Part shown: piece after piece, positions 15,813 to 26,327 of the stretch
How positions within the stretch are numbered: the first letter of the stretch is position 1
How the letters are laid out: the number at the start of each line of letters is the position of its first letter
NCBI GenBank assembly: GCA_041676345.1
Contig: JBAYSC010000001.1
Location: 1 to 45,625, forward strand
DNA length: 45,625 nucleotides
Reading direction: 5' to 3'
From: Flavobacteriaceae bacterium
GTDB lineage: Bacteria > Bacteroidota > Bacteroidia > Flavobacteriales > Flavobacteriaceae
The notes under the pieces: model-generated
The model's input: the letters and a program-made list of their open reading frames with translations, nothing else
What the model was told of the DNA's origin: nothing
Databases searched by the model: none
Position numbers and translations under genes: made by a program

Positions 15813-18395
15813 ATGAAAAATCAAAAACTACATTGGTTTACTACTCTAATGATGAGTATGGTTGTTGCAATTGGATTTGCACAAGAAAAAATTTCAGGGA
15901 CAGTTTCAGACGGGAAATTGTCGCTTCCGGGAGCTACTGTTACGGTAAAAGGCACAACAACAGCTACAAGCACAGACAGTAGCGGAAATTTCTCTCTACT
16001 TCCGTTACAAAACAAAGGAGAATTGACAATTGGATTTGTCGGGTATCAGACAAAAACGATTGCTTTTGACCTAACAAACGGAGATGTTGATTTGGGTTTG
16101 ATAACGCTTATATCGAGTTCGACAGAATTAGATGAAGTTGTTATCACTATTGGTAGTGGAGTTATTGATTTGGCAAAAGATCGAAAAACCCCTATTGCTG
16201 TTTCAACCATCGGTAAAACTGAAATTCAAAACAAATCTGGAAATTCGGAATTTCCCGAAGTGATGAAAAACACACCTTCTGTTTATGTGGCTTCTCAGGC
16301 AGGAGGTTATGGAGATTCCAAAATGTTTACTCGTGGATTTGACCAGACCAATACGGCTTTTTTGCTTAACGGTCAGCCGATTAACGGTATGGAAGACGGG
16401 AATATGTATTGGTCTAACTGGCAAGGTATGACAGATGTTGCTAATACTGTACAGGTGCAACGAGGTCTGGGGTCTTCCAAACTTGCTATTTCGTCTGTTG
16501 GAGGTACGATAAACATTATTACCAAAGCTACAGATCTTGAAGAAGGCGGTTTTGCACAAGCTTTGATAGGAAATGACAATTATCAGAAACATACGGTTGC
16601 CTACAGCACCGGTATTAGTGAAAAAGGCTGGGGAGCAAGTTTTATGTTTACGAATTGGGCAGGAGACGGTTACAACAAAGGAACTTATGGAGCCGGACAA
16701 AACTATTTTGTGTCTGTCGGATACAAACTCAACGAAAAACACAACTTTAACTTCCTTGTTTTCGGAGCACCGCAATGGCATGACCAGAATTTCACAAAAT
16801 CAATCGAAACCTATCTTGAAAACGGTAGAAAATACAACAACAACTACGGTTATCTTGACGGAAAATACATGAGCGAAAGGAGAAACTATTATCACAAACC
16901 TGTAGCAAACCTAAACTGGGATTTCGACATTGACGAAAAATCAAGTTTATCTACTGTTTTGTATGCTTCGTGGGGACGAGGCGGTGGAACAGGAAACTGG
17001 GGTAATGGCAGAAAAAGAACCACAAGCGGACACGTTGATTTTGATGCTATCAGAGACCATAACGTTAGCGTTGATAACCGAATCGGGACTTTCGGAAACG
17101 GAGCTTATGCTATCAGAGCTTCGGTAAATGATCACGCCTGGTATGGACTTGTTTCTAACTACAACAGAGAGCTAAGCGAAAACCTGAGCCTTAATGTAGG
17201 TATGGATTTGAGAACCTATAAAGGAACTCACTACAGACGACTTGTTGATTTTATTGGTTTAGAAGGTTGGGAAATCACAAATCATGCACAATATCCTGCA
17301 GGCTATGTGGTTACAGATCACTTCAGTGCCAACCCATGGAGCGCTGTTTTTGACAAAGCCGATAACGACCAAAAAGTAGATTATGACTATGACGAAAAAA
17401 TCAATTATGGAGGAATTTTCGGGCAAATCGAATATGCAACAGATCGTTTTTCTGCTTTCTTTCAGGGAGCTTTGTCTTCGCAATCACACATTCGTTGGGA
17501 TAGATTCCAGTATTCAAAAGCTGAGGAAGAATCAGAAAAAGTAAACAACGCAGGCTATAACATAAAAGCAGGTGCCAGCTATACTATTGCAGAAGGGCAT
17601 ACCGTTTTTGCCAATGCAGGACACTATTCCAGACAGCCTTATCACGATAATATCTATCTGAATTTCGACAATGACGTAAATCCGCTTACCGAAAACGAAA
17701 AAATCACAGGATTGGAATTGGGTTATATTTTTACAAACGAATTTATTGATGTCAACCTGAACTATTACAGAACATCGTGGAAAGACCGTGTAACAACGAC
17801 TTCGAATGTAGTAAATGACGAATTGCTCTATACGTCCAACTCGGGTGTAAGCCAGTTGCACTCAGGAATCGAGCTTGATTTGAGAGCAAGACCGACTTCG
17901 AATCTTACGATTAAAGGTTTTGCATCGTTCGGAAATTGGGAATATGATGACAATGCTTATAAAAAAGTGTTTGACGAAAGTCTTGAACTCATAAGCGAAG
18001 AAACTACTGACATCAAAGGCGGAAAAGTAGGGAATGCTGCACAAACCACTTTCGGTTTGGGAATTGCTTATAAAATCACTCAACGCCTGACATTTGATGC
18101 AGATTACAGAAATTACTCAAAGCTATATGCAGGTGTAGTAACCAAAGAAAATCTGGAACTTCCGTCATTTGATCTGGTTGATACGGGACTAAATTACAGA
18201 ATCAATTTTGAGAAAACTTCGTTGAACTTCCGTTTAAACGTAAACAATGTATTTGACAACATTTATATTTCCGAATCCAGCTCAGCCATAATGCCCGAAG
18301 CAGGCGTAGCTACCTATGAAGGCATTAGCGTAAAAAACAACGTTTTCTTCGGAAACGGAAGAACGTGGAACTTCGCAATGCGTTTTAATTTTTAA
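15813..18395 (+). CDS. TonB-dependent outer membrane receptor with an N-terminal carboxypeptidase-regulatory-like domain
   Basis: Signal peptide, LPGATV/FVGY domain, LDEVVI TonB-box region, plug (RGF...NGQPIN...VQRGLG...GGTINIIT), NVNNVFD and a C-terminal Phe. Confidence 0.92.
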   Translation: MKNQKLHWFTTLMMSMVVAIGFAQEKISGTVSDGKLSLPGATVTVKGTTTATSTDSSGNFSLLPLQNKGELTIGFVGYQTKTIAFDLTNGDVDLGLITLISSSTELDEVVITIGSGVIDLAKDRKTPIAVSTIGKTEIQNKSGNSEFPEVMKNTPSVYVASQAGGYGDSKMFTRGFDQTNTAFLLNGQPINGMEDGNMYWSNWQGMTDVANTVQVQRGLGSSKLAISSVGGTINIITKATDLEEGGFAQALIGNDNYQKHTVAYSTGISEKGWGASFMFTNWAGDGYNKGTYGAGQNYFVSVGYKLNEKHNFNFLVFGAPQWHDQNFTKSIETYLENGRKYNNNYGYLDGKYMSERRNYYHKPVANLNWDFDIDEKSSLSTVLYASWGRGGGTGNWGNGRKRTTSGHVDFDAIRDHNVSVDNRIGTFGNGAYAIRASVNDHAWYGLVSNYNRELSENLSLNVGMDLRTYKGTHYRRLVDFIGLEGWEITNHAQYPAGYVVTDHFSANPWSAVFDKADNDQKVDYDYDEKINYGGIFGQIEYATDRFSAFFQGALSSQSHIRWDRFQYSKAEEESEKVNNAGYNIKAGASYTIAEGHTVFANAGHYSRQPYHDNIYLNFDNDVNPLTENEKITGLELGYIFTNEFIDVNLNYYRTSWKDRVTTTSNVVNDELLYTSNSGVSQLHSGIELDLRARPTSNLTIKGFASFGNWEYDDNAYKKVFDESLELISEETTDIKGGKVGNAAQTTFGLGIAYKITQRLTFDADYRNYSKLYAGVVTKENLELPSFDLVDTGLNYRINFEKTSLNFRLNVNNVFDNIYISESSSAIMPEAGVATYEGISVKNNVFFGNGRTWNFAMRFNF

Positions 18396-18441
18396 TCTGA
18401 AAAATTGCTGTAATTAAGTTTATTTTTAGAATGTTAGATGG

Positions 18442-18475
18442 AAAATATCCGGGCTTTTGTTCGGATATTTTTTTT
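18442..18475. terminator. Intrinsic terminator between convergent genes
   Basis: AAAATATCCGGGC-TTTT-GTTCGGATATTTT followed by a T run. Confidence 0.75.
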
Positions 18476-18485
18476 GTTCAAAGTT

Positions 18486-21014
18486 TTACCTTACATCAAA
18501 CAGCGATTTGATTTCGATTTTTTCAACAGGTTTTGAAAGTTTGACTACCTTCCATGCCCGAGGGAGTAAATCGAAATAATTGTCGTCAAAAACGACATCA
18601 TTGGCTTTAAGAAACACATTTTTAGCCAAAACATCCGATTGCAGAATAATGGTTTGGTTGTCCAGAAAAAACAGTTCGATAGTAGGTTTTGTAAGAGCCA
18701 AGTCTTTGGGTTTTGTGAAATAAAAAACGGTCGTATGCACTTTTTCTTTACCGAAAAGAGAAACTTTCAGCAGGGTTTTGTTTTTGTTGAAAGTGTCGAA
18801 CATCTTTTTCGGAATTCGGGTGAGTATGTTGCTGCTGTTTTCTTTGATTTGAAAAACCAGGAGTTGCTTGTTGAACGGTTCGTTGCTCATATTGTGAGTT
18901 TCCTGCCAAATCGCAATATTACTTTCAAAATCTAACAATTCCAGACGAAGCATACCTCTTTCGGCTTCGGGCAAATCGTTTGTTCCGTAAACCAAAATGT
19001 CGTTTTCATCTTCGGTTATGGAGAGCAAAACGGGTTCAAAACTCCGCTTTGCCTGATAGTAAGCCGCTTTCCGTACTCCGTAATAATCTATTGCACTCCA
19101 CGAAGTTACCGGCCAGCAATCGTTAAATTGCCAAAAAAGTGTTCCCATACAATAGGGCATGGCTTGCCTGTGGGCTTCGATGGCAATTTGTAAACCGTGT
19201 GCCTGAAGCAGTTGGGAAACATAAATATAATCTTCAAAATCAGCCGGAATCGGAAAATCCCGTTCCATATATTCCTGAATAGTCTGATAACCTGTCGGGT
19301 GTTTCTGATGATTTTTCACCGAAACGGAATTCAGATGAAGTTCGTTTTCAGGAGCAATTTTCCGGAAAGTTGACAGGTCGGGCATTCCTTGAAAACCATA
19401 TTCGCTCATAAATCGTCCGACTTTTTCACGATATATTTCAAAAGGCTGTTTGCCCCACCAAACTCCCCAATAATGAGAATCGCCCTGCACCAAACTCTCT
19501 TTTCTCCCCCACCCGATAGAAGGTGAAGATTCCCAATAAATATTTTTTTCTTTGGAAAGAAGCGAATCCAATGTTTTGGGAATCAGCTCTTTGAAAACTT
19601 TTTGGTAGTCGTTCCAGATTTGGGTAGAATCCTGCTCAGAATAACCGAATTGTTTTTGCCAGCCCCAATTGTGCCAGGCTTCGTCAACTTCGTTGTTGCC
19701 ACACCAAAGGGCAATGCTCGGGTGATTTTGCAGGCGGTTTACGTTTTGAATCACTTCTTCTTTGACCGATTTCAGAAAATCTTCATCTCCCGGATACATA
19801 GCACAGGCAAACATAAAATCCTGCCAAACCAAAATTCCGTTTTTGTCACATTCTTCGTAGAAAGTGTCGTTTTCGTAAATTCCTCCACCCCAAACCCGAA
19901 GCATATTCATATTGGCATCAACGGCAGCCTGTATAGTTTGTTTGTAAATGCTGTCATTCACTCTGGGTAAAAAGCTGTCAGACGGAATATAATTGGTACC
20001 TTTCATAAAAACCGGAACTCCGTTCAGCTTGAAATAAAACGATGTTCCGAGTTCGTCTTTTTCCTGAACAAGTTCAATCGTACGAAGTCCGATTGTGATA
20101 GTTTTTGTATCGAGTTTCTCTGTTTTTTTGGGTTGAAATAATGCAATGTTGAATTCGTAGCGATTTTGTTCTCCAAGCCCGTTTGTCCACCAAAGTTTAG
20201 GATTTTTGATTTCATAGGGGTTTACAATGGAATTTTTTCCTTTTGTAAGCCTCACGGTCAATTCATCATATACCCCTACTTCATCATTATAAAACAACAC
20301 TACATATTCTCCTGTTTTTTCTACATAAAAATCAATCGTAAACTCTAATTCAGCCAAATCTTTATGTAGCGAAATCTGCTCATACTTTATATTTTCGATT
20401 CGGGCATGGTTCCAAAAACGGAGTTTAACATCTTTCCAAATCCCGCAGGTCACAAATCTGGGACCCCAATCCCAACCGAACTGATATTGGGCTTTTCGTG
20501 TAAAAACCCGTTCACCTTCGGGAAGTTTATAGGGTAAATTGGCTGCTTTTTCTTTTCCTTTTCTCACAGCCGATTCAAACCGAACCACCAAAGTGTTTTG
20601 CCCTTGGTTTAAAATCTTTTTGACATCTACCTGATGGGCTATAAACATATTTTCAGATTTCAGAATTGGTTTTCCGTTCAAAAAAACTTCTGCATAGGTG
20701 TCTAATCCTTCAAAAATGAGTTCGATGTTTTGATTCTCTAATTCTTCTCTGGAAACCGAAAAAGTAGTAGAATATATCCAGTCTTTTTCTTCAATCCATT
20801 GCAGTTGTTTTTCGTTATCGGAATAAAAAGGGTCAGGAATTTGTCCGTTTTTATATAAATCCAAATGCACCACAGACGGAATTTCGGCAGGAAGCCAGTT
20901 GTTTGCATCACTTTGCGAAAACTCCCATTTTTCTTCAGACAAACTCCTGATTTGCGTTTGTGAAAATACAGTTGTGAAAGCGAAAAATAAAAGCAGTAAG
21001 AATGGTTTTTTCAT
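18486..21014 (-). CDS. GH2 beta-mannosidase-like glycoside hydrolase
   Basis: FEGLDT, RKAQYQFGWDWGP, NMLRVWGGGIYE, WQDFMFAC, WCGNNE, SEYGFQG and WQFNDCWP; signal peptide. Confidence 0.93.
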   Translation of the reverse strand: MKKPFLLLLFFAFTTVFSQTQIRSLSEEKWEFSQSDANNWLPAEIPSVVHLDLYKNGQIPDPFYSDNEKQLQWIEEKDWIYSTTFSVSREELENQNIELIFEGLDTYAEVFLNGKPILKSENMFIAHQVDVKKILNQGQNTLVVRFESAVRKGKEKAANLPYKLPEGERVFTRKAQYQFGWDWGPRFVTCGIWKDVKLRFWNHARIENIKYEQISLHKDLAELEFTIDFYVEKTGEYVVLFYNDEVGVYDELTVRLTKGKNSIVNPYEIKNPKLWWTNGLGEQNRYEFNIALFQPKKTEKLDTKTITIGLRTIELVQEKDELGTSFYFKLNGVPVFMKGTNYIPSDSFLPRVNDSIYKQTIQAAVDANMNMLRVWGGGIYENDTFYEECDKNGILVWQDFMFACAMYPGDEDFLKSVKEEVIQNVNRLQNHPSIALWCGNNEVDEAWHNWGWQKQFGYSEQDSTQIWNDYQKVFKELIPKTLDSLLSKEKNIYWESSPSIGWGRKESLVQGDSHYWGVWWGKQPFEIYREKVGRFMSEYGFQGMPDLSTFRKIAPENELHLNSVSVKNHQKHPTGYQTIQEYMERDFPIPADFEDYIYVSQLLQAHGLQIAIEAHRQAMPYCMGTLFWQFNDCWPVTSWSAIDYYGVRKAAYYQAKRSFEPVLLSITEDENDILVYGTNDLPEAERGMLRLELLDFESNIAIWQETHNMSNEPFNKQLLVFQIKENSSNILTRIPKKMFDTFNKNKTLLKVSLFGKEKVHTTVFYFTKPKDLALTKPTIELFFLDNQTIILQSDVLAKNVFLKANDVVFDDNYFDLLPRAWKVVKLSKPVEKIEIKSLFDVR

Positions 21015-21031
21015 TGGTTTATTGGGGTTTT

Positions 21032-21064
21032 AGACCTCACAGGTTTTAAAAACCTGTGAGGTCT
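21032..21064. repeat. Perfect 16-bp-arm palindrome (REP-like) overlapping the cutC stop
   Basis: AGACCTCACAGGTTTT-A-AAAACCTGTGAGGTCT, encoding the terminal DLTGF*. Confidence 0.9.
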
Positions 21065-21723
21065 TTTATAATTTTAACTTCCTTAGAATCAATATTTTCT
21101 GAATTATCCGTAATACAAGCCGAATGAAACCAATTTGCTTTTGTCTCTTCTTTTAGAAGCTCAATATTGGCTGCCCGAACCCCACCTCCGACAATAATTG
21201 AAATCCGGTTTTCGGATTTTTCGACCAATTGTTTTAAAGTAGAAATTCCGTTTGTTGCCTTTCCTACATTTCCTGAAGTAAGAACGAAACGAAAACCGCA
21301 ATCTATTACTTTTTCGAGGGTTTCCAACGGATTTTCACATAAATCAAAAGCTCTGTGAAAAGTGCAAGGAGAAGGGCTGGCAAGTTCGACCAATTCTTTG
21401 TTTTGTTCAAAATTGATTTGATTATTTTGGTCTAAAATACCAAAAACGAATCCTTCAACATTCAGCTTTTTAAATTGGGAAATTTCGTTTTTCATTTGCT
21501 CAAATTCTGTTTCGGAATAGACAAAATTACCACTTCTGGGGCGAATCATCACAAAAACAGGAATTTGTAATTTTTCTTTCAGGAGTTTTACATCCTCAAA
21601 ACAGGGAGTAATGCCTCCCAAAGTATAATCTTTGCAAAACTCGATTCGGTCTGCTCCCGACTGTGCTGCCACAAAAGCCGAACGGGTAGTAAAACAAGCA
21701 ATTTCTAATTTTTTCACAGCCAT
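21046..21723 (-). CDS. cutC: CutC-family protein
   Basis: LEIAC, GADRIEFC, GGITP, VMIRPRSGNFVY, TFHRAFD, LTSG and GGGVR. Probable start is ATG 21723. Confidence 0.92.
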   Translation of the reverse strand: MAVKKLEIACFTTRSAFVAAQSGADRIEFCKDYTLGGITPCFEDVKLLKEKLQIPVFVMIRPRSGNFVYSETEFEQMKNEISQFKKLNVEGFVFGILDQNNQINFEQNKELVELASPSPCTFHRAFDLCENPLETLEKVIDCGFRFVLTSGNVGKATNGISTLKQLVEKSENRISIIVGGGVRAANIELLKEETKANWFHSACITDNSENIDSKEVKIIKDLTGF

Positions 21724-21802
21724 AAATTTAACCGAAACCAAAGATACCAAACTTTTTAAAAATAAAATACTTCAATCATTTCAAAAAACAAACAGAAAAC
21801 CG

Positions 21803-21810
21803 TACTTTTG
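21803..21810 (+). promoter_or_regulatory. Putative Bacteroidota -7 promoter box for sucD
   Basis: TACTTTTG matches TAnnTTTG and ends 27 nt upstream of the sucD ATG. Confidence 0.5.
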
Positions 21811-21837
21811 CATAGCTTTAATCAAAAATATCATACA

Positions 21838-22710
21838 ATGAGTGTTTTAGTAAACAAAAATTCGAAAATAATCGTTCAGGGATTTACGGGAAGTGAAGGG
21901 ACGTTTCACGCTTCTCAAATGATAGAATACGGGACAAACGTGGTAGGAGGAGTAACTCCGGGAAAAGGTGGCTCTATCCATTTAGACCGACCTGTTTTTA
22001 ATACCGTAAAAGATGCGGTTGACCAAGTGGGTGCAGATACCAGTATTATTTTTGTTCCGCCTGCCTTTGCTGCAGATGCTATTATGGAGGCTGCCGATGC
22101 AGGAATCAAAGTTATTATCACTATCACAGAAGGAATTCCTGTTGCCGATATGATTAAGGCTTATGATTACGTAAACAAAAGAGATTCGATATTAGTAGGT
22201 CCAAACTGTCCGGGTGTTATCACGGCAGATGAGGCGAAAGTGGGAATTATGCCCGGTTTTGTTTTCAAAAAAGGAACTGTCGGAATCGTTTCAAAATCAG
22301 GAACTCTGACTTATGAAGCTGCAGATCAGGTTGTAAAACAAGGCTTGGGAATCACAACGGCTATCGGAATTGGTGGAGACCCGATTATCGGGACAACAAC
22401 CAAAGAAGCTGTTGAAATGCTGATGAACGACCCTGAAACCGAATGTATCGTAATGATTGGAGAAATCGGAGGGCAACTCGAAGCCGATGCTGCAAAATGG
22501 ATCAAGGCAGACGGAAACCGTAAGCCGGTTGTTGGATTCATTGCTGGAGAAACGGCTCCAAAAGGTAGAACCATGGGGCATGCAGGAGCTATTGTTGGTG
22601 GAGCAGACGATACGGCAGAAGCCAAAAAACGAATCATGAGAGAAAACGGAATCCATGTGGTGGACTCTCCTGCCGAAATCGGTAAAAAAGTAAAAGAAGT
22701 TTTGGGGTAA
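21838..22710 (+). CDS. sucD: Succinyl-CoA synthetase alpha subunit
   Basis: QGFTG, GGVTPGKGG, GPNCPG, GIGGDP, GEIGG and MGHAGA (phospho-His). Start at MSVLVNK. Confidence 0.97.
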   Translation: MSVLVNKNSKIIVQGFTGSEGTFHASQMIEYGTNVVGGVTPGKGGSIHLDRPVFNTVKDAVDQVGADTSIIFVPPAFAADAIMEAADAGIKVIITITEGIPVADMIKAYDYVNKRDSILVGPNCPGVITADEAKVGIMPGFVFKKGTVGIVSKSGTLTYEAADQVVKQGLGITTAIGIGGDPIIGTTTKEAVEMLMNDPETECIVMIGEIGGQLEADAAKWIKADGNRKPVVGFIAGETAPKGRTMGHAGAIVGGADDTAEAKKRIMRENGIHVVDSPAEIGKKVKEVLG

Positions 22711-22734
22711 TTTTCCTCTAAAACAAAATCCATA

Positions 22735-22769
22735 AAAATAGCCCGAAGATTTGATCTTCGGGCTATTTT
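22735..22769. terminator. Bidirectional intrinsic terminator
   Basis: AAAATAGCCCGAAGAT-TTG-ATCTTCGGGCTATTTT, a perfect 16-bp stem between convergent genes. Confidence 0.88.
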
Positions 22770-22789
22770 ATTGGAATGAAATTCAGAAA

Positions 22790-25021
22790 TTATTCTACTA
22801 CAATCTTTCTGATTTCCTTTGTGTTTCCGTCTTCTACATTGACCATATAGATACCTGCTTCAACATTGTTTAAGCTGATGTTTTGGTTGAACGTACCTGT
22901 GTTTTGATATTGCTGAGACAAAATTTGTCTTCCTCTGATGTCATAAACAGAAATCGTAATGTCATTGGAGGTTTGCGAATCAAAAGCTACGGTAAATGTC
23001 CCGTTATTCGGATTCGGATATACCGTAAAGTTATCCAGTTTAAAATCTTCTGTACTCACCGTTCCGGTAATAGGAAACGAAGTGCTGTTAACCGCAAAAT
23101 AGATGTTGTTAACGGCTTCAACCATAATTCGGGCATTATTGGTGTTTACTCCCGGAACGGTTATTTCTTCTGAACCGTCATTCGGAGTATTTGCTGCCAG
23201 AACGATAGGGAAAGTAGTACCTCCGTTGGTTGAAAGCAATATGTTTACGTGAGAAGTATTTACAGGAGCATTGGTAGTTCCTGCCACATTCCAGGTGATT
23301 GTCTGCTGGGTGGTGGTTGTCCAGGAAGTAGAGCTGTTTTGAGACGTAACCGAGAAAGGCCCAATAGAACCCGAAGTCGTAACGGTCATATTGGCTCGTG
23401 CTGTTTGTCCTCCGAAAGGAGTTCCGTTATCTCTTACAGTAAAAGCGAAATTCATAGAACGTCCTACAAAAGGCACAACTTCCCAGGTCGGAGCCAGATT
23501 TCCTGCCAAAATATTCGGGAGGCTTGGCATATAACGATCAGGAGAGGTTGACGGAGGCAACGAGCGGAAATTAGGTCCTGACGTATTTGAAGTAAGCGGA
23601 GGTTGTGTTGAAATCTGCGGATTGGTTTGTTCCCACGAATAAGTCAAATTATTACTGTCTGTATCGGTAGCATTGCCTCGGAGTACAAAAGGTGTTCCGT
23701 AGGGAATGTTATAACTCGGTATAGAAGTAACAACCGGTGCTGCATTACCGGTGCCGGTGTTTACCGAACAATTCGCCTGATTGTTCACAAAAGCATCCAT
23801 TTCGGCCAAACTCACCGCATGGAAATGAGCATCAGAATTCCACTGAACATTCGGAGGGCAAATACCTGCATAAGCCATAATGGTAGAGCCACTGCCCGGT
23901 TCAACCGCTGTGGAATTGTTTCGGTTTCCGCTACAGGAGTTATTAAAAGTGTGGTTGGCTCCCCATTGGTGTCCCATTTCGTGAGCTACATAATCAATAT
24001 CAAAAGGGTCGCCTACGGGTTGGTTGGTTCCTGTAACTCCTCTGGCTTTGCTGCCTGAACAAGGAGAATACATCTGAGCCAGCCCGCCTCCTCCTGTGCT
24101 TACGGTGTGTCCGATATCATAATTGGCTGACCCTATAAAACCGTCTATCACGTTTTGACTTTGGTTGATGAGCTGCCCTGCATTGTCGTTGTTAAAATTA
24201 TCGGAAGTGATAAAAATAACATTTTCGTTGTTGGGAACCAGCACCATAGTCAGTGCCATATCTCTTTCGTAAATTCCGTTTACCCGGGTCATCGTTACGT
24301 TCATCGCTGCCAATACGGCTGCTTTTTTCTGAGATTCCGTTCCTGAGTTCAAACCGGCTGCATTCACGTGAAAAGCAGCATATTCGATAGTGCATGCCAT
24401 AGCCAGGCGATAGGTTCTGAAAAGACCATTGTTGGCAAGAGCCTGAATGTTATTTCGTTGAGAAAAGAACACTTCATGTTCCGGCCCCGAAGTGCTTTCA
24501 ACCAAACATTCAAAAGGATTGGTAGTCATCGTATTCTTTTTGGCATATACGATATAATAATTCAAGTCGGTTGTGTAAGGGTCAATGTAACTTGTGCCCG
24601 ATTTTCCCGAAAAAGTCATTCCGTGGAATCCGAAAAGGGTGGTGCTAAAGCGAATCATAGCTGTTTTGTCATCCAGCCCGATTCCTACATAGGATTTAAT
24701 ATCCGGGTGTTTGGTTGCCAATTCTCTGTGCATCACAGAGGCTTCATACACACGAAACTGCTCGAGCTCTCCGTCAGGATTGGGAAAAGTCACAATCAAA
24801 TCAGAAGGAAGTCCTGATTCTCTGCTCACTGCCGTTTGTAATACGTTTTTAATACCGTCGAAATCTAAAGCAAAAACGTGGTATTCTAAAACTGTTGAAC
24901 CTCTTTCTTTTTTGTCTAAAGAGGCAATTTCTTCATCAGAGGATAGCTGCCAGAAATTTCGCTGAGCATAGCCGTTTGATAAAACCAATACAGTAAAAAC
25001 TGCAAGTAACATTCTTTTCAT
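22790..25021 (-). CDS. Reprolysin-like (M12B-type) zinc metalloprotease with a T9SS sorting domain
   Basis: HEMGHQWGANH zinc motif, EPGSGSTIMAYAG Met-turn, signal peptide and a C-terminal VYPNP...IYMV...KIVV type A CTD. Confidence 0.92.
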   Translation of the reverse strand: MKRMLLAVFTVLVLSNGYAQRNFWQLSSDEEIASLDKKERGSTVLEYHVFALDFDGIKNVLQTAVSRESGLPSDLIVTFPNPDGELEQFRVYEASVMHRELATKHPDIKSYVGIGLDDKTAMIRFSTTLFGFHGMTFSGKSGTSYIDPYTTDLNYYIVYAKKNTMTTNPFECLVESTSGPEHEVFFSQRNNIQALANNGLFRTYRLAMACTIEYAAFHVNAAGLNSGTESQKKAAVLAAMNVTMTRVNGIYERDMALTMVLVPNNENVIFITSDNFNNDNAGQLINQSQNVIDGFIGSANYDIGHTVSTGGGGLAQMYSPCSGSKARGVTGTNQPVGDPFDIDYVAHEMGHQWGANHTFNNSCSGNRNNSTAVEPGSGSTIMAYAGICPPNVQWNSDAHFHAVSLAEMDAFVNNQANCSVNTGTGNAAPVVTSIPSYNIPYGTPFVLRGNATDTDSNNLTYSWEQTNPQISTQPPLTSNTSGPNFRSLPPSTSPDRYMPSLPNILAGNLAPTWEVVPFVGRSMNFAFTVRDNGTPFGGQTARANMTVTTSGSIGPFSVTSQNSSTSWTTTTQQTITWNVAGTTNAPVNTSHVNILLSTNGGTTFPIVLAANTPNDGSEEITVPGVNTNNARIMVEAVNNIYFAVNSTSFPITGTVSTEDFKLDNFTVYPNPNNGTFTVAFDSQTSNDITISVYDIRGRQILSQQYQNTGTFNQNISLNNVEAGIYMVNVEDGNTKEIRKIVVE

Positions 25022-25457
25022 AGTGTTATTGGGTTGAATTAATAGACTTCAAAAGTAAGTCTTTTTTTTAAAAAAAACGCTGTCTTTGGGTGTGCTAAAA
25101 TCATTTCAGTAAAATTTTGTGTCATAAATAATGAGATTAGAAAAAAAAGATCTACTTATAATTTGAAATTTATTTTATTTGATATAATTTTATTTATATT
25201 TGCTTGGAGTGATTTGTAGTAATGCATAGTATTTTCTTTTTGCAACAAAAAACAGTCAAATTGCGACAAAAAACAATCAAACTATAAGTTGTTGATAAAA
25301 AACAAATTATAATATTGATATTTTTCATATTCCTGAATCCGGATAGGGCTTTTATTTCAGGAAAACATAAAGGAAATTACATTTGCAGAAAGCGATTGCT
25401 AAAAGTGTGAAAAAGGTAAGGTTTTTTTTTGAGCTATGAATTAATTAACTGATAAGT

Positions 25458-26324
25458 ATGTTTACCGGAAATTTAGAAAAAGGCTTTGGCTTTTTTACTG
25501 TAGAAGAATTTATAAAGATATACGGGAGCGAAGAGATAAACACTTCGGATTATTTTTTTATCATTTGTGCCTTGGGCGAAGATTTTCATTATATATGTGG
25601 TGAAAGAGAACTAATCGTTAAGCACAATCATGCACTTTATGTAGCTCCCAACAAATCCTTTACGTTTGTCAACCCTGCTGATAACGAGAATCTTGTCCTT
25701 GTCTTTCAATCTGATTTTTATGAAAGGTCATTGCTCGATGCCCAAATGCTGAACTCCGAATTGTTTTTCAGGAGTATCCCCTATGTAGCCGAAATCCCGA
25801 TTCCGATAAAAGAAATGCGGGAAGACGTTTCAGAAAAAATAAATTTTCATATCGAAAACAAAACCGGTCTGGAAGGTGTTGTGATTCACAATGTTATAGA
25901 AATGCTTATCACAGACGGTCTGACCGAGTTGAAAACCTCTCCTTTTAAATCCACAGAAGACCCGGTTTCTATAAATATTATGAATAAATTTCGGGTGTTG
26001 CTTCAAAAACATTACAAAACCGAAAAACAAACTGTTTTTTATGCAGAAGAACTGAACATTACTCCCAAACAATTCGCCAGAATAGCCGAAAAAGTTACGG
26101 GTAAAAAAGCCAAACAACTCATCATTGACAAAACCATACAGGAAAGTCTGCGGCTTTTAAATCACTCGATGCTTACCATATCAGAAATTTCCCGGGAACT
26201 CGGCTTCGAAAACGAAAGCAACTTTAGTTTGTTTTTCAAAAAACACTACGGATTACCGCCTTCTCAATACAGGCACAACATCTCAAAAAACAAGGATATG
26301 GCAAAAGATGAAGAGCTAAACTAA
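25458..26324 (+). CDS. AraC-family transcriptional regulator
   Basis: C-terminal double HTH (FYAEELNITPKQF...TISEISRELGFENESNFSLFFKKHYGLPPSQYR); divergent from the protease. Confidence 0.92.
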   Translation: MFTGNLEKGFGFFTVEEFIKIYGSEEINTSDYFFIICALGEDFHYICGERELIVKHNHALYVAPNKSFTFVNPADNENLVLVFQSDFYERSLLDAQMLNSELFFRSIPYVAEIPIPIKEMREDVSEKINFHIENKTGLEGVVIHNVIEMLITDGLTELKTSPFKSTEDPVSINIMNKFRVLLQKHYKTEKQTVFYAEELNITPKQFARIAEKVTGKKAKQLIIDKTIQESLRLLNHSMLTISEISRELGFENESNFSLFFKKHYGLPPSQYRHNISKNKDMAKDEELN

Positions 26325-26327
26325 GCG

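Noticed and set aside
15813-21723. TonB receptor plus GH2 as a polysaccharide utilisation locus
   Set aside because: The genes are convergent and separated by a terminator, there is no susD, and the receptor does not look SusC-like.
21838-22710. sucD without a neighbouring sucC
   Set aside because: Split sucC and sucD genes are common in Flavobacteriaceae as I recall, so this is not notable.
25022-25457. Long AT-rich intergenic region as a possible ncRNA
   Set aside because: No convincing structure was found; it is adequately explained as the divergent promoter region for the protease and the AraC regulator.
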